A DNA stretch of 63,998 nt, filler included, from Malassezia furfur (taxonomy: Eukaryota): the NCBI GenBank assembly GCA_052055015.1. It is 36 parts of 36 records of this genome, joined end to end, with 100 filler letters (N's around TTAATTAATTAA, not from the genome) between each part and the next. Parts side by side here need not be neighbours in the genome. Positions count along the whole stretch, not along the records: positions 46,767 to 48,427 come from JBQJIT010001088.1; positions 48,528 to 50,185 come from JBQJIT010001089.1; positions 50,286 to 51,938 come from JBQJIT010001090.1; positions 52,039 to 53,687 come from JBQJIT010001091.1; positions 53,788 to 55,434 come from JBQJIT010001092.1; positions 55,535 to 57,165 come from JBQJIT010001093.1; positions 57,266 to 58,892 come from JBQJIT010001094.1; 29 more parts are not named here. The stretch is one strand, 5' to 3'. Made by a program: the position numbers and the translations under genes. The notes below the pieces were generated by a model. The model had not been told where the DNA came from. It saw only the letters and a program-made list of their open reading frames with translations, and did no database searches. Below are positions 46,768 through 58,992 of this stretch, one piece after another. Each line of letters starts with the position of its first letter. Position 1 is the stretch's first letter.

Positions 46768-47307
46768 TGGGTGCGCCGCGCCCTCACGCGGACGCCGGCG
46801 CCGGCGTGGGTACAGACGCTGCCGGACTGGCGCCCGCCGCGCACGCCAACGTACACATGGTACGAGTGGAAGGCGATCGCCGTCGAGCGCACAACGCACA
46901 CGCTGCTGTTCCTCGGCGAGGACGCGCTGCTCGTCCTCCCGGCGTACGCCGCACGGCTGCGCGGCGAAGCGGCGCCGGCGCCGTACCTGTACCTCTTGCC
47001 CGACGCCGGCGCGGCCGCGGACAAGGCGATGGGCGTCGCGGCGTGCGACGGGCGCGTCGTCGTGCTGTGGCGCACGCTTACGCTGCTCGACCTGCAGCCG
47101 TGCGCGCGCGAGGCGGCGGACGACGCCGCGGCGCCGTGCGTGGTGTACGACCATGTCCCCCCCGCAGACGACGCCTTTGCGGGGTGCGAGGGCGTCGCGA
47201 TGGACGCTACGAGTATCTATGCGGTGATGAACGACGCGGCGCCTGCGGCGGCGGGGGAGGCGCCGGCGCGCGTGCGGCGCGTCGCCGGCTTCCACTTTGT
47301 GCCGTAG
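46768..47307 (+). CDS. Hypothetical protein, C-terminal fragment
   Basis: Open frame with coding-like GC3 ending ...VAGFHFVP* 66 nt before the CFT2 ATG. Confidence 0.55.
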   Translation, partial: WVRRALTRTPAPAWVQTLPDWRPPRTPTYTWYEWKAIAVERTTHTLLFLGEDALLVLPAYAARLRGEAAPAPYLYLLPDAGAAADKAMGVAACDGRVVVLWRTLTLLDLQPCAREAADDAAAPCVVYDHVPPADDAFAGCEGVAMDATSIYAVMNDAAPAAAGEAPARVRRVAGFHFVP

Positions 47308-47373
47308 CTGGAAGGAGCGCGCGCGGATACCGACGCACACACCTGCATTGCGCGTCCGCCGCCCTCCACCTCG

Positions 47374-48427
47374 ATGCTCGAGTTTACGCCGCTGGCGGGC
47401 CCCTTCCGCGCGGCGGACGCCAAGGGCAAGCAGCGCGAGGTCGAGAGCGTCGAGCAGCCGAAGGCGGTCGCGTACCTCGTCGAGATCGACGGGTGCCGCA
47501 TCCTGCTGGACTGTGGCGCGCCGGAGGACTTTGTGTTTGCGGACGCGGCGCCCGCGCCGGAAGACGCGACGCACCGCCCCGAGCTGGCCGGCACGCTACC
47601 CGAGATCCTCGCGCGCATTGGTGCGACGATCGATGTGGTGCTGCTGACGCACGCGGAGCTGGCGCACCTCGGCCTGTACGCGTATGCGCGCGCGCACTAC
47701 GGGCTGGTGGGCACGGTGTATGCGACGCTGCCCGTGCAGACGATGGGCCGCCTGGTGATGCACGAGGCGGTGCGGGCGTGGTCGTCGGAGATCGACGTGG
47801 GCGCGTCCGGGCGGCTGCTGCCGACCGAGGCGGAGGTCGACGAGGCGTTTGATGCGATGCGCACGCTGCGCTTCCTGCAGCCGACGCCGCTCGACGGCAA
47901 GTCGGCGGGCCTGGTGCTGACCGCGTACAATGCGGGCCACTCGCTCGGCGGCACGGTGTGGAAGCTGCGCTCGCCGTCGGTCGGCACCGTGGTCATGGCG
48001 CTGGACTGGAACCATAGTCGCGAGCGGCACCTGGACCGCACGGCGCTGCTCCCCTCGGCGCACACGCCGTTTGGCGAGCTGCGCAGCGTCGATGCGATCG
48101 GGCGCGCCGACGTGCTCATCACCGACATCGAGCGCGGGCTCGTGACGAACGCGGGGCGCAAGGACCGCGACGCCGCGCTGCTCGACCGCGTGCACCAGAC
48201 GCTGCAGGGCGGGCACTCGGTGCTGATCCCCGTCGACAGCGCCGCGCGGCTGCTCGAGCTGCTCGTGCTGCTCGACCAGCACTGGTCGTTTGCGTACCAG
48301 CACCAGCGCTTCCCCCTGTGCCTCGTGAGCGCGACGGGCCAGGAGTTTGTCGAGCGCGCGCGCACCTTTATAGAGTGGATGTCGCGCGAGTGGGCCGCGC
48401 AGCTGCTCGCCGACGACGCGGGCAAGG
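47374..48427 (+). CDS. CFT2: Cleavage/polyadenylation factor CPSF100/Cft2 (metallo-beta-lactamase fold); 3' truncated
   Basis: YLVEIDGCRILLDCG, IDVVLLTHAELAHLG, YATLPV, AYNAGHSLGGTVWK, DWNHSRERHL, VLIPVDSAARLLEL. Confidence 0.93.
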
Positions 48428-48527
48428 NNNNNNNNNNNNNNNNNNNNNNNNNNNNNNNNNNNNNNNNNNNNTTAATTAATTAANNNNNNNNNNNNNNNNN
48501 NNNNNNNNNNNNNNNNNNNNNNNNNNN

Positions 48528-50185
48528 CGTGCGGTGCGTGGGGTAGCACCAGCGCGACCCGCGGCGGCGCCGCACGCCGCGCATTCGCGTCGAGGATCGA
48601 GTAGCAGTACAAGAAGCCCGTGTGCTGCGCGACGTGCGCAAACTGGTGCACGACGTTCGCGTTGCAGTAGCGCAGCGGGTTCAGCGGCGAGGTGATCGCG
48701 CGCTGCACGACCGCCAGGCCGGGCGCCCAGCCCGCCTCGGCGTGCAGCGCCGAGGTCCCCGCCGAGGACGCAGAGCTGAACGACGTGCCGTGCAGCGTCG
48801 GCATCAGCTGCGGCGACAGCTCAAACGAGCACGCCGTGGGGTACGTGTGCGCCAGCGACGCGGGGCCGTCGTCGTCCGCCAGCGTCGCGTCTGCGGCGCT
48901 CGGCGCCTGGCGCAGGTCGCGCCACCGGAAGCAGAAGATGTAGAACACCGCCTGCGCCACCGCATAGAACAGCGCGTGCTCGCGCTGGCCGGGCGCGGGC
49001 GCCCGCGCGCCCTGCTGCGCAAACGCCTCGAGGCCCGCGTCCAGGTAGGTGCACAGGTTGAGCACGACGGTGCGCGTCGTCGGCGCGTCGATGTACTGCG
49101 CCCGCGCCACAAAGCTCGCGACGTAGCTCGCGGCGGCGATGCGCAGAAACGCCGCGGCATCGGTGCCCGCGTGCGCACGCGCGTCGCGCTGCGGCGCATA
49201 CAGGCTCTTGCTCAGCAGCGTGCCGAGAAACATGTCCGCAAACTCGGCGTCCAGCGACGCATACCAAAACAGCACAAACTGCACGTGCCGCGACCGGAAC
49301 GTCGGCAGCACCGCGCGCGTAAACAGGCCGAGCAGCGTCTGGTACAGCTGGTACCGCCGCGCGTCGGCCCCCGCGTCCGTCGCGCCAGGGCCGACGTGCT
49401 GCGCCAGAAAGTCAAACAGCACCTTCATCAGCGCATCGAGCTTGCCGGCCAGCACCGCCACCTCGCCCCACGCGGGCGTCGGCGCCGCGGCGCGCGTCGG
49501 CAGCAGCGCGTCGTTCACGTCGTAGCCGTCGTCGTCGTCGAGCGCATCGAGCGACTCGTCGTCCACCGCGCCGTCGTCGTGGCCGTCGTCGGGCGCCTCG
49601 TCCTCCTCGTCCTCCTCCGCCGCATCCTCGTCCACACGCCCGTCCAGCACATGCGCAAGCGGCGCAGCGGCCGCGGGCGCCAGGCCCTGCTCCTCGAGCT
49701 CGTCCAGCTCCACCTGGATCTCGACATCGACCTGCAGCACATGGTCAAGCACCGCGGCCCAGATCGGCTCGGTGAGCGCCTCGCAGTACGCCGTGACGCG
49801 CAGCACATTGCGCACGTACAGCACCTGCGCCAGCGTGCGGTCGCGCTTGTGCGGAAAGTGGCGCGCCACCTGCCCCTGCAGCGCCGCAGCGAGCGTCGGC
49901 ACGAGGCGCAGCAGCTGCTGCAGCAGCGCATGCAGCCGGTCGTACAGCGCGCGCCGCGTCGGCCGCGGCGCGTCGGCGGCGACGAGCGCCTCGTCGTACC
50001 ACGCGGGGTGCAGCCCAAAGTTGGCAAACACGCGCGCCGCGACCTGCGCGACCCACTCGCCCCGCGCGCTCACCAGGGCGCACACGAAGCGCACCCAGGC
50101 GTCGGCGACCGCCGGCGGCGCCGCGAGCCATGCATAGTCGAGCACGGCGTCCAGGAGCTCGGCACAGGAGCGGTCGAGCGCGGGG
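48528..50185 (-). CDS. RRN3: RNA polymerase I initiation factor Rrn3, internal fragment
   Basis: HFPHKR, YVRNVLR, LQVDVEIQ, KLDALM, LPTFRSRHVQFVLFW, AAASYVASFVARA, FYAVAQAVFYIFCFRWRDL, LNPLRYC. Confidence 0.94.
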
Positions 50186-50285
50186 NNNNNNNNNNNNNNN
50201 NNNNNNNNNNNNNNNNNNNNNNNNNNNNNTTAATTAATTAANNNNNNNNNNNNNNNNNNNNNNNNNNNNNNNNNNNNNNNNNNNN

Positions 50286-51938
50286 CGCTGGCGTTCGCCG
50301 AGGCGCGGGCGCTGTGCACCGACCTGGCCGCGCTCTATACCGGGTCTTCGGCATCGCTGCACGTACCTGGGCGCGTCGAGGAGCGGACAGCCGCCGTGCA
50401 CTACGACGAGCGCGTGCGTGCGCAGCTTGTGCTGACACTCCCCAGTGTGCCCAGCAAGCTGCCGGCGCCGTCCGAGGACGCGGCGCAGGTGACGTATGCG
50501 ACTGCCGCCGACGCCGGCGTGCCACCCCTTTTGCGCCTGCTGCTCAGCGCATTGCAGGTGAGTGTGCATGGCACGCGTGAGGGCCACGACGTGCCGCTGC
50601 TCACGCGCAGCTGGCACGGCGCGCAGGCGGACGCCGCGCTGGTGCTGCGCGACGAGGCCGACCGCTTCGCCGAGGCCGACACGCGCACCCCGCTTACGGA
50701 TGCGGCGTTCGTGAGCGGCATTGCGTTTGACGCACACGCCCACGCCTGGCGCGTCGCCTGGCTGTGTGATGTCGTGATACGTACGTCCCCGTCGACTTAC
50801 GCAGCCTACCCCAGCGCCGAGCCGGGCATCGATACGGTGCACCTGGATGCTGCACTGGCATTGCGCCTCGACCTGTCGCGTCTTGTCGGGCGCGTCGATG
50901 CGCCGCCGCCGCAGACGCCCTTTCATTTTGCGGCCGGCGAAGGCCACCCGTTCCTGAGCGCCGAGGACCCATACGTGGTGGATGTCGACCTGCTCGCGCT
51001 GTACAGCGAGGGCGTGACCGTCCCGGATGAGACCGCCGAGCAGCGGCACCACCACATTGCGTCGCGGCTCACGCTGCTGCCTCTGTCGATGCTCGTTCCG
51101 CACGCGACGGGTGTGCAGCTCGTCGCGCCGTTCAGCCAGAGCACGCAGCTCGCGCAGGCCATGGCGCGTGCCAAGGACCTCGAAAACGCCGCGATCGCGT
51201 CCGACGCGGACATTGCGCTTGCGCCGCTTGCCGCGGCGAACAAGGCGCAGCACGTCGACCGCACTGCGCGGCCTACGCCCGCGCGGCAGACATCGATGCC
51301 GCCGGCACGCACGGCCGATGGGCCGCCTGCGCACGACGTCGCGACGGCCGTGATGCGGGGCATTGTCGTGCTGACGCGGCATGCACACGCGCCGCTGCGT
51401 GTGCAACCGACCATGTACGTGCGCATGCGCTCGCTGAACCGCGCACATACCCTGCCGAACGGCGCGTGCGGCGTGTTCCTGTGCATCGAGCTCGAGAGTG
51501 CATTGACGCATGGCGACGTGCAGGTGCACGACGTCGACATTGCGGTGGGCGGGCCGATTGCACCGGACGCCGCGAGCCCTGCGCTCCTCGCCGAGTCGAT
51601 CACGCCCGTCGTAGCGCCCGCGGAGGGCGGCGCCGCATGGCCCATCCGCCTTGGTCCTGGCGCGCAGTACAACGTGCTGTACACGGTGCAGCTCGACAAC
51701 TATGGCGGTGCGCCCGGCGCGCTTGCGTCGCTCGTCGAGCAGTGGTCGCCGCGGCGCGAGACGCGTGTCACGGTGCGAACCGCGATCGTGCGTGCCGAAG
51801 GAGAGGCGCCCGTGACGTGTGCGTCGCAGTGGGACGGCGTGCTTGACTTGCGCACGCTGCAGGTCGAGCAGTACGTGCGTCTCGTGGCCGAAGCGGCCGT
51901 GTACGACGCGACGCAGTACGATGCAGACCGTGCGCCGC
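50286..51938 (+). CDS. Probable TRAPP II subunit Trs65-like protein, internal fragment; probable in-frame intron 50781-50804
   Basis: YVRMRSL...FLCIELES, VHDVDIAVGG, WPIRLGPGAQYNVLY resemble basidiomycete Trs65-domain proteins. Confidence 0.5.
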
Positions 51939-52038
51939 NNNNNNNNNNNNNNNNNNNNNNNNNNNNNNNNNNNNNNNNNNNNTTAATTAATTAANNNNNN
52001 NNNNNNNNNNNNNNNNNNNNNNNNNNNNNNNNNNNNNN

Positions 52039-53687
52039 CGTCGCGTCCGGGCGTGGGCGGCGGACGAGTCCACCGCAGTCCCGTGCGACGCCCCCGTCCG
52101 GCGCAGGGGTCAGTGCGACGACCCAGTCGCGCAGCCGCGAGGCGACCGCGCGGCTGCACACGGCGCTCGCGCAGCAAAAAGCGCGCGTGCATCGTGTGCA
52201 CCCTCATCGCGAGCGGAGCTCGTCGCTGAGCCTGCTCGATGCCGCGGAGCTTGATCTGGACGATAAGGCGGTGCAGACGCGTCGCCCCGTGCGCCGCAAC
52301 TCGATCATCGGGGCGCAGCCCGACTCGCGGATGCAGGCGGCGCCCAAGATGCTCATGCCGCTGCCGCGGTGCGGCAAGCAGGAGATGTCGACGCGCGAGA
52401 GCGAGCTGCTCGGTGCGCTGACGACCCAGTGTGCCGCGCACGACACGGCGGCGATCGACGCGGCCGTCGACGCGTATCTGGCGGAGCCCGGCGATGTGCG
52501 CAGCATCGCGGGCTTCAACGCGCTGCTGCAGGCGCTGCGCGGAGCGCGCGTGCCGGCCGCGACACTGCTGCGCGTGTACCACGACATGGAGACGCACGGT
52601 CCCGCGCCCAATCAGTGCACGTACACCCTGCTCGTGGACGCGCTGTGTGCGCGCGTGCTGGATGCGCCGCACGGGGAGCGTGCAAAGGAGTCGTACACGT
52701 GTGTGCGCGAGGTGCTTGCGCTTGCGCAGGCCGCACACCGCATGCACTTTTTGCTGCCGACGATCGGCGCGTACAACCGGCTGCTGGCGTGCTGTGCACA
52801 GTCCGGCCGGACGTGGGAGGCCGTGCAGGTGCTGTCGATGCTCGAGGAGAACGTGCTGGTGACGAAAGACGCCGACTCGTACCGGCTGCTGATCGAGGCG
52901 TTTGCGAACAGCACGGAGCCTGCGTACGACGGCGAGCTGCCCGCGGAGCGCAACGTGCGCTGCCTCAAGGCGTGCAAGCAGGTGTTTGCGACGTTCGAGC
53001 ACGTGTCCGGTGCCATGGCCACGATCCAGCCCGGGAACGAGGCGTTCAGTGCTGCGCGGTGCGAGCGCGTGTGGGACGCGATGCTCGATGCGCACTTTAC
53101 GCTCGGCGACGCGGCGGGCGCCGTCGCGCTGCTCGAGCGCATGATGGCGCAGCGCCCCGCGGCGGACGGCGCGCTGCCGATCGACGAGCGCGTCGCGTCG
53201 ACGATGGTGCTGGGCTTTGTGCGCGCCGGCGACGTGCGCGGCGCGGTGCAGTGGCTGCATCAGCTGCAGGCGTCGGCGCTTGCGCAGCCGTCCGGGCATG
53301 CGCTGGAGGGCGTGCTCTCGGCGACGATGCAGCAGCCGCCCGTGGACGCCGCGCAGCTGCTGCGCCCCGTCGCCGAGGCGCTCGCCGTGCGCGATCCGCT
53401 GCCGCACGCGGCGGCGGCGATGTGTGTGCAGCACCTCGCCAACGTGCTCGAGAAGCGCAAGGTGTGGAAGCAGCTGCCGCCCGCCGAGATCGATGCGTGC
53501 CTGGCGGCGCTGCGTGCGCTAACGGCGCGTGTGTTTGCCACGTATACGGACGAGGGCAAGCCGCTGCGCACCAAGCACCAGGCGCTGCCCGTCGCTGCGG
53601 TGCTGCGCCTCGTGGCGCAGCTGACGTTTGCGGGCCGCGCCGAGGACGCCGCGGCGTTCTTTGCGCTGGCGGTGCCCGTGCTGCGCC
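52039..53687 (+). CDS. Pentatricopeptide-repeat protein, probably mitochondrial; internal fragment
   Basis: SIAGFNALLQAL, PNQCTYTLLVDALC, PTIGAYNRLLACCAQSG, DSYRLLIEAF, VWDAMLDAHF. Confidence 0.82.
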
Positions 53688-53787
53688 NNNNNNNNNNNNN
53701 NNNNNNNNNNNNNNNNNNNNNNNNNNNNNNNTTAATTAATTAANNNNNNNNNNNNNNNNNNNNNNNNNNNNNNNNNNNNNNNNNNNN

Positions 53788-55434
53788 ATACCCCCCCGCC
53801 CGCCTATGCGCCCGAAGCGGCGCCGATCCTGTCGGATAGTCCGATCCACTTTTTCGTGTCGCGCTATGCGATCGCGATGGTCGCGATGGTACGCCGCCCA
53901 CCAAGCCACCGCCCATGCTGACATCAGGTGATTATCACGAACCGCATTCAGCACGTATGCACACCGTACGGCCGCCCCGCGCGCATCACACCGACGGAGC
54001 GTGTCATGCTGCGCGTGCCATCGATCGCGATGCTATCGTACGCGCTTGTGCGCCTGCTGCAGGCGATGTGTGCCGATACCACCACACCGACGGCCCAGGC
54101 GTGGCTGGCGTACGTGCGGCCGTGGGTGCCGCACACGACCAAGACGCTGCAGCCCGACTCGCTGCTGTGGCTCGCGCTGCTCAGCGCGTGTGTCGCGCAG
54201 TGTGTGAGCACCGCCGTGCGGTCGCTCGAGCTGACGTACGTCTTTGCCGCCGACTGACCGCAGGAGCGCCCAGGACGACCCGTCGACGTTCAACTTGGTC
54301 GGCTTCGGCTTCATCCTGTACATCCACGCGCACGCGCGCCAGTTTGCGCCAAACGCGCACGTGTATCTGATTGTGATTTCGCGGATCGTCGAGCTGCTCG
54401 GCATGAATGTGCTGCTGTGCCGCCGCCCACCGCTCGTGTCGCGCCTCGTGTTCACCATGGTGCTGAGTGCGGTGATGACGGTGCACTACGTGTACACGGC
54501 CGTGCAGTCGGACGAGTACCCCATCATCCACAGCGGCGGGCGGTTGATGGAGGTGAGCATCCTGGGCATGATTGTCCTGACGATCGCGCTGCACCTGCTC
54601 ACGATGTACTTTGTCGACCGGCGCGTGGACCTGCACCGTCTCTTTTTCCACCGGAGCAGCCTGCCGCACAGCACGGACGACTTCTCGCTCGCGGTGCTCA
54701 AACTCGGCACCGCATGCCTGCACGCGACCAAACTCACGGGCTTCTCGTGCGAGCTGCAGGCGCTCGACACACCGCTCCGCACCTACGTCGAGCTCCGCCC
54801 CGACGGCAGCACGGTGATCGAGAACAGCATCGAGGACCTCGAGCAGATGGACTCACACACCTACCACCCGCTCGAGCACGAGATCAAGGACCTCCGCGTC
54901 GTCCTCGAGCACTCGGGCGTCGAAATGGGCGGCGTCGTCCGCGGCGCCGACAAGATGCGCGCGCTCACGCGCTTTTTCCAGACGCTCCTCGAGATCGTGT
55001 GGACGATCGTGCGCGAGGGCGCCACGTACACCGCTCGCTACCTCCCCGCGCCCCCCGCGTGGGTGCACCATATCCCGCGCTACGTCCGCCTCTTTTGGCA
55101 CGGCACCAACGGCGAGGCAGAGCGCGACGCACGCCTCGCGCGCGAGGCCGCACAGCGCGCCGAGGCCGAAAAGGCGCACACGCGCATGGAAGAGCTGCGC
55201 GCGCGCCGCGCCGAGCGCGCGCTGCACTCGGACGACGCCTCGGACGAGGACGAAGCGGACCTGGACGCGACCCAACTCGTTGCGCTCGCGCAGCAGGACC
55301 AGGGCGCCGACGCCGCGACGTTCCAGGACATGCTTGTGAAGCACATGCTGCGTGCCGATGCCGCGCCGCCCCTGACGCGCCGCGCTACGTCCGCCTCTTT
55401 TGGCACGGCACCAACGGCGAGGCAGAGCGCGACG
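53788..55434 (+). CDS. Polytopic membrane protein, Asi1/Asi3-like N-terminal region; introns 53889-53927 and 54236-54263
   Basis: Spliced FFVSRYAIAMVAM|VIITNRIQHVC; DPSTFNLVGFGFILY; DDFSLAVLKLGTACL; several TM segments. Confidence 0.5.
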
Positions 55435-55534
55435 NNNNNNNNNNNNNNNNNNNNNNNNNNNNNNNNNNNNNNNNNNNNTTAATTAATTAANNNNNNNNNN
55501 NNNNNNNNNNNNNNNNNNNNNNNNNNNNNNNNNN

Positions 55535-55962
55535 CGCGCAAGAAGAACGAGGTGCAGCACCAGCGCAACCTGGCGCGCGCCGAGGGCGCGGCCGCGGCGG
55601 CGCCCGCGGCGCCCGCGAAAAAGGCTGGAGCGCTCGGATCGGGCATCGCGGCGCGTGCCGCGCGCCGCGCCGAGCTCGAGGCCGATGTGCTGCGTGCCAA
55701 AGGTAGCACTGCCTCCCTGGGTCGCTTTGACAAGACGCTCGAGGGTGAAGCGAAGCCGCGCGGCGTGAAGCGCACCTTCCGCCCAAATGAGATCGACACG
55801 CGTGCTGAGCGCGCCTCGAACCTCGCACTGTTGTCCAAAATTGACAAGGATGGCGCGAACCTCAACGTGCGCAAAGCGATCAAGCACGCGAGCAACGCCC
55901 AAGGCTCCAAGGCGATGGTGCAGCGCAGTGAAAAAGAGCGTGCGCCGAAGCGCCGCAAGTAG
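55535..55962 (+). CDS. RRS1: Ribosome biogenesis regulator Rrs1, C-terminus
   Basis: KKNEVQHQRNL, STASLGRFDKTLEGE, RGVKRTF, LNVRKAI. Confidence 0.85.
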
Positions 55963-55976
55963 TGTATCTATAGCCA

Positions 55977-57165
55977 TTATGTCCAGAGCTTCAGCAGGCC
56001 ATCCCACGCGCCCGTCACGACCTTGGACGTCTCGTGCGGGAGCCAGGCGTGACACACCACCGCATCCTTGTGCGCGGGCAGGCGCTTGATCAGGCTGCCC
56101 TTGTCCCAGTCCCAGAACACCACGTTGCCCTGGCTGTCGCCCGACGACAGGAAATGTCCGTCCGGGCTGAAGTTGACCTGGCACGCAAAGCCCGTGACGC
56201 TGTGCCCCTTGAACGCGCGGCTGCTCTGTTTGTAGGTGTCGGCGTTGAACACAAGCACCTGGTTGTCCATCGACTGCGCCGCAAGCCACTTTTCATCGGG
56301 AGACAGTGCGACGGCGGGCATCGACTGCATGTGCGGGTCGGCAATGTACTTGGTCACCACCGGGATGTCAAAGTCCCAAGCGCGCATCGACTTGTCATCG
56401 CTTGTCGAGACAAAGTGGTCCGCATCGGTAAACGTCACCGTGTTGACCGCGCCCTGATGCTCCTTGTACTCTTGCGTGAGCTGCTTGGCGCGCACGTCGT
56501 ATTGCAGGATGCGCTTGTCGCTCGTCCCAGCCAAAAATACGTCGTTGCTCGCGAGTCGGTACACAACACAGTTGCCGACGCATTCGAGTGGCATCGACTG
56601 CAGACACACACCGGTTTCCGTGTCCCACAGCTTGATCACCTCGTCGTAGCCCGATGTGAGGAATTGAGTGCCATCCGCGTTGAACTGCACATCGCGGATG
56701 CCTTTGACGTGGCCGAGGAAGGTACGCAGGCAGTTGCCCTCATGATACACATCCCAGAGCTTCACCTTGGTATCCATGCTGCCACTCAGCAGCAGATGCC
56801 CGCTCTGCGGGAAGAGCCGGGCGGAGCTGATCGCTTTCGTGTGCCCGGTCCAGGTATGGATGCATGTTTGGGGTATAAAGCACTGCTGCGACCCCGGCTC
56901 GCCGCGCAGGTTGGTGTCGGTGTCCGTGGGAATGTGCATATAGGTGCGCCCTTGGTAGTCGTACATCGACGTCCCGTGGAAGAAGCTCTTTTCGGTGCCA
57001 CGCGCCAGATCCATCGCACGCCGGCGCTCGAGCTTGGCGTGCTCCTGCTTGCGCTGCTGCGCGCCGGCTTCGGCGGCGGCCAACTCGGCCGGCGTAGGGC
57101 CGACGGGGCCAGGCACCGGCGCCTCGGGCGTGACCTGCTCGCCCTCCCAGCCCGCCCAGGGGCCC
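55977..57165 (-). CDS. CDC40: Second-step splicing factor Prp17/Cdc40 (WD40); 5' truncated
   Basis: YDYQGRTYMHIP, CFIP..CIHTWTGHTK, SGHLLLSGSMD, FVSTSDDKSMRAWDFDIPV, AQSMDNQ, WDGLLKLWT*. Confidence 0.94.
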
Positions 57166-57265
57166 NNNNNNNNNNNNNNNNNNNNNNNNNNNNNNNNNNN
57201 NNNNNNNNNTTAATTAATTAANNNNNNNNNNNNNNNNNNNNNNNNNNNNNNNNNNNNNNNNNNNN

Positions 57266-58892
57266 GCCGGGACGACCGCGACCGCCGAGACGACCGCGAC
57301 CGCCGAGACGATCGCGACCGGCGCGGCAGCTTCGGTGGGCGCTGGCGCGGTCGCGACCGCCCGGTGCGTCCGTGGGACAACGACGAGCGTGCGCCGGATG
57401 CACCGCCGCGCTTCGATGCGCCCGAGCGCAGCCGCCCGCGTCCGGCGCCGTACCACCTCGACGAACCCCACGAAACGCGCCCGGCGCCGGCGCCCTACAC
57501 CGAGACGCGCACGACCGGCAGCCCCGAGGCGCGGCGTGCGCCATCAAGTGCGGACCTGCGTGCTGCAGCGCCGCCCGTGCCGCCGGCGCCTGTGCGCCCC
57601 AAGCTGACGACGCCCGTGCGTGTGCGCAGCGGTCCGCGGCCCGGCACCCTTGCGCGGCGCGCGCGCGCGCGGCCTGCGCCGCTTGCCGAGCGCGTGTTCC
57701 GTGGGTGTAGCACGATGGACGACTACGAGATCACGGTCAAGCTCGGGCAAGGCACGTTCGGCGAGGTGAAGAAGGGCAAGCAGGTCGCGACGGGCCGCGA
57801 CGTGGCGCTGAAGAAGGTGACGATCCACGAGGTGAAGGACGGCATGCCGATCACGGCGCTGCGTGAGATCAAGCTGCTCAAGACGCTGCACCACCCGTAC
57901 ATTGTGCCGGTGATCGACATGGTGTACCGAGCGGCGACGGAGCGCGGCAAGATGGGCGAGGTGTTCATGGTCGAGCCGTACATGGACCACGACTTGAACG
58001 GCCTGCTCGACAACCCCACGATCCAGCTGCAGATGAACCAGATCAAGTTGTACATGCGCGAGCTGCTCGAGGGCACCCTGTACATGCACCAGAACAACAT
58101 CCTCCACCGCGACATGAAGGCGGCCAACCTACTCATCGACAACAACGGGCAGCTGCAGATCGCCGACTTTGGCCTCGCACGGCCCTACTACGACCCGGGG
58201 CAGGCGTGGCGCGCGCGGGGGTGGAAGGGCGGCGTGGTGAACTACACCGACATGGTCGTCACGCGCTGGTACCGCCCGCCGGAGCTGCTCGCCGGACAGC
58301 GCAACTACGGGCCGCCCGTCGACATGTGGGGCATCGGGTGCATCCTCGCCGAGATGGTCACGGGCAAGCCGCTGTTCAAGGGCGCGTCCGAGATCAACCA
58401 GCTCGAGCTAATTGCGTCGCTGTGCGGCTCGCCGAACGACGACAACTTCCCGGGCTGGTCCAAGCTGCCCGGCGTGAAAAACGCCACGCCCTCGGGGCGC
58501 CCAGACACCAACCCCAACGTGCAGGGCCGCCACGACTTTGGGCGGCACCCGCGCGTGGTGCGGCAGCACTTTACCACGGTCGTCGACGTGGGGCGCGAGT
58601 GTGCGGACCTGATCGACCGCCTCCTCACGCTCGACCCGTGCAAGCGCATCACCGCCGCCGAGGCGCTCGAGCACGAGTGGTTCTGGACGAAGCCGTACCC
58701 GGCCGACCCCGCGAGCCTGCCCAAGTACGTGCCGTCCAAGGAGATCGACCGTGCCAAGCGCGACCACCAGCACAAGATGGCGGGGCGCGTGCACATGGCC
58801 AACATGCCCGTGCCCATGGGCGTGGCGCCGCCGCCGCCGATCGTCGCGCCGCCGATGGCCATTCCGCCGCCGCAGCAGCCGCCCGCGCCCGG
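57266..58892 (+). CDS. BUR1: CDK9-family kinase Bur1/Sgv1; both ends truncated
   Basis: LGQGTFGEV, VALKK, GMPITALREIKLLK, YMDHDL, HRDMKAANLL, DFGLAR, YTDMVVTRWYRPPELL. Confidence 0.9.
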
Positions 58893-58992
58893 NNNNNNNN
58901 NNNNNNNNNNNNNNNNNNNNNNNNNNNNNNNNNNNNTTAATTAATTAANNNNNNNNNNNNNNNNNNNNNNNNNNNNNNNNNNNNNNNNNNNN

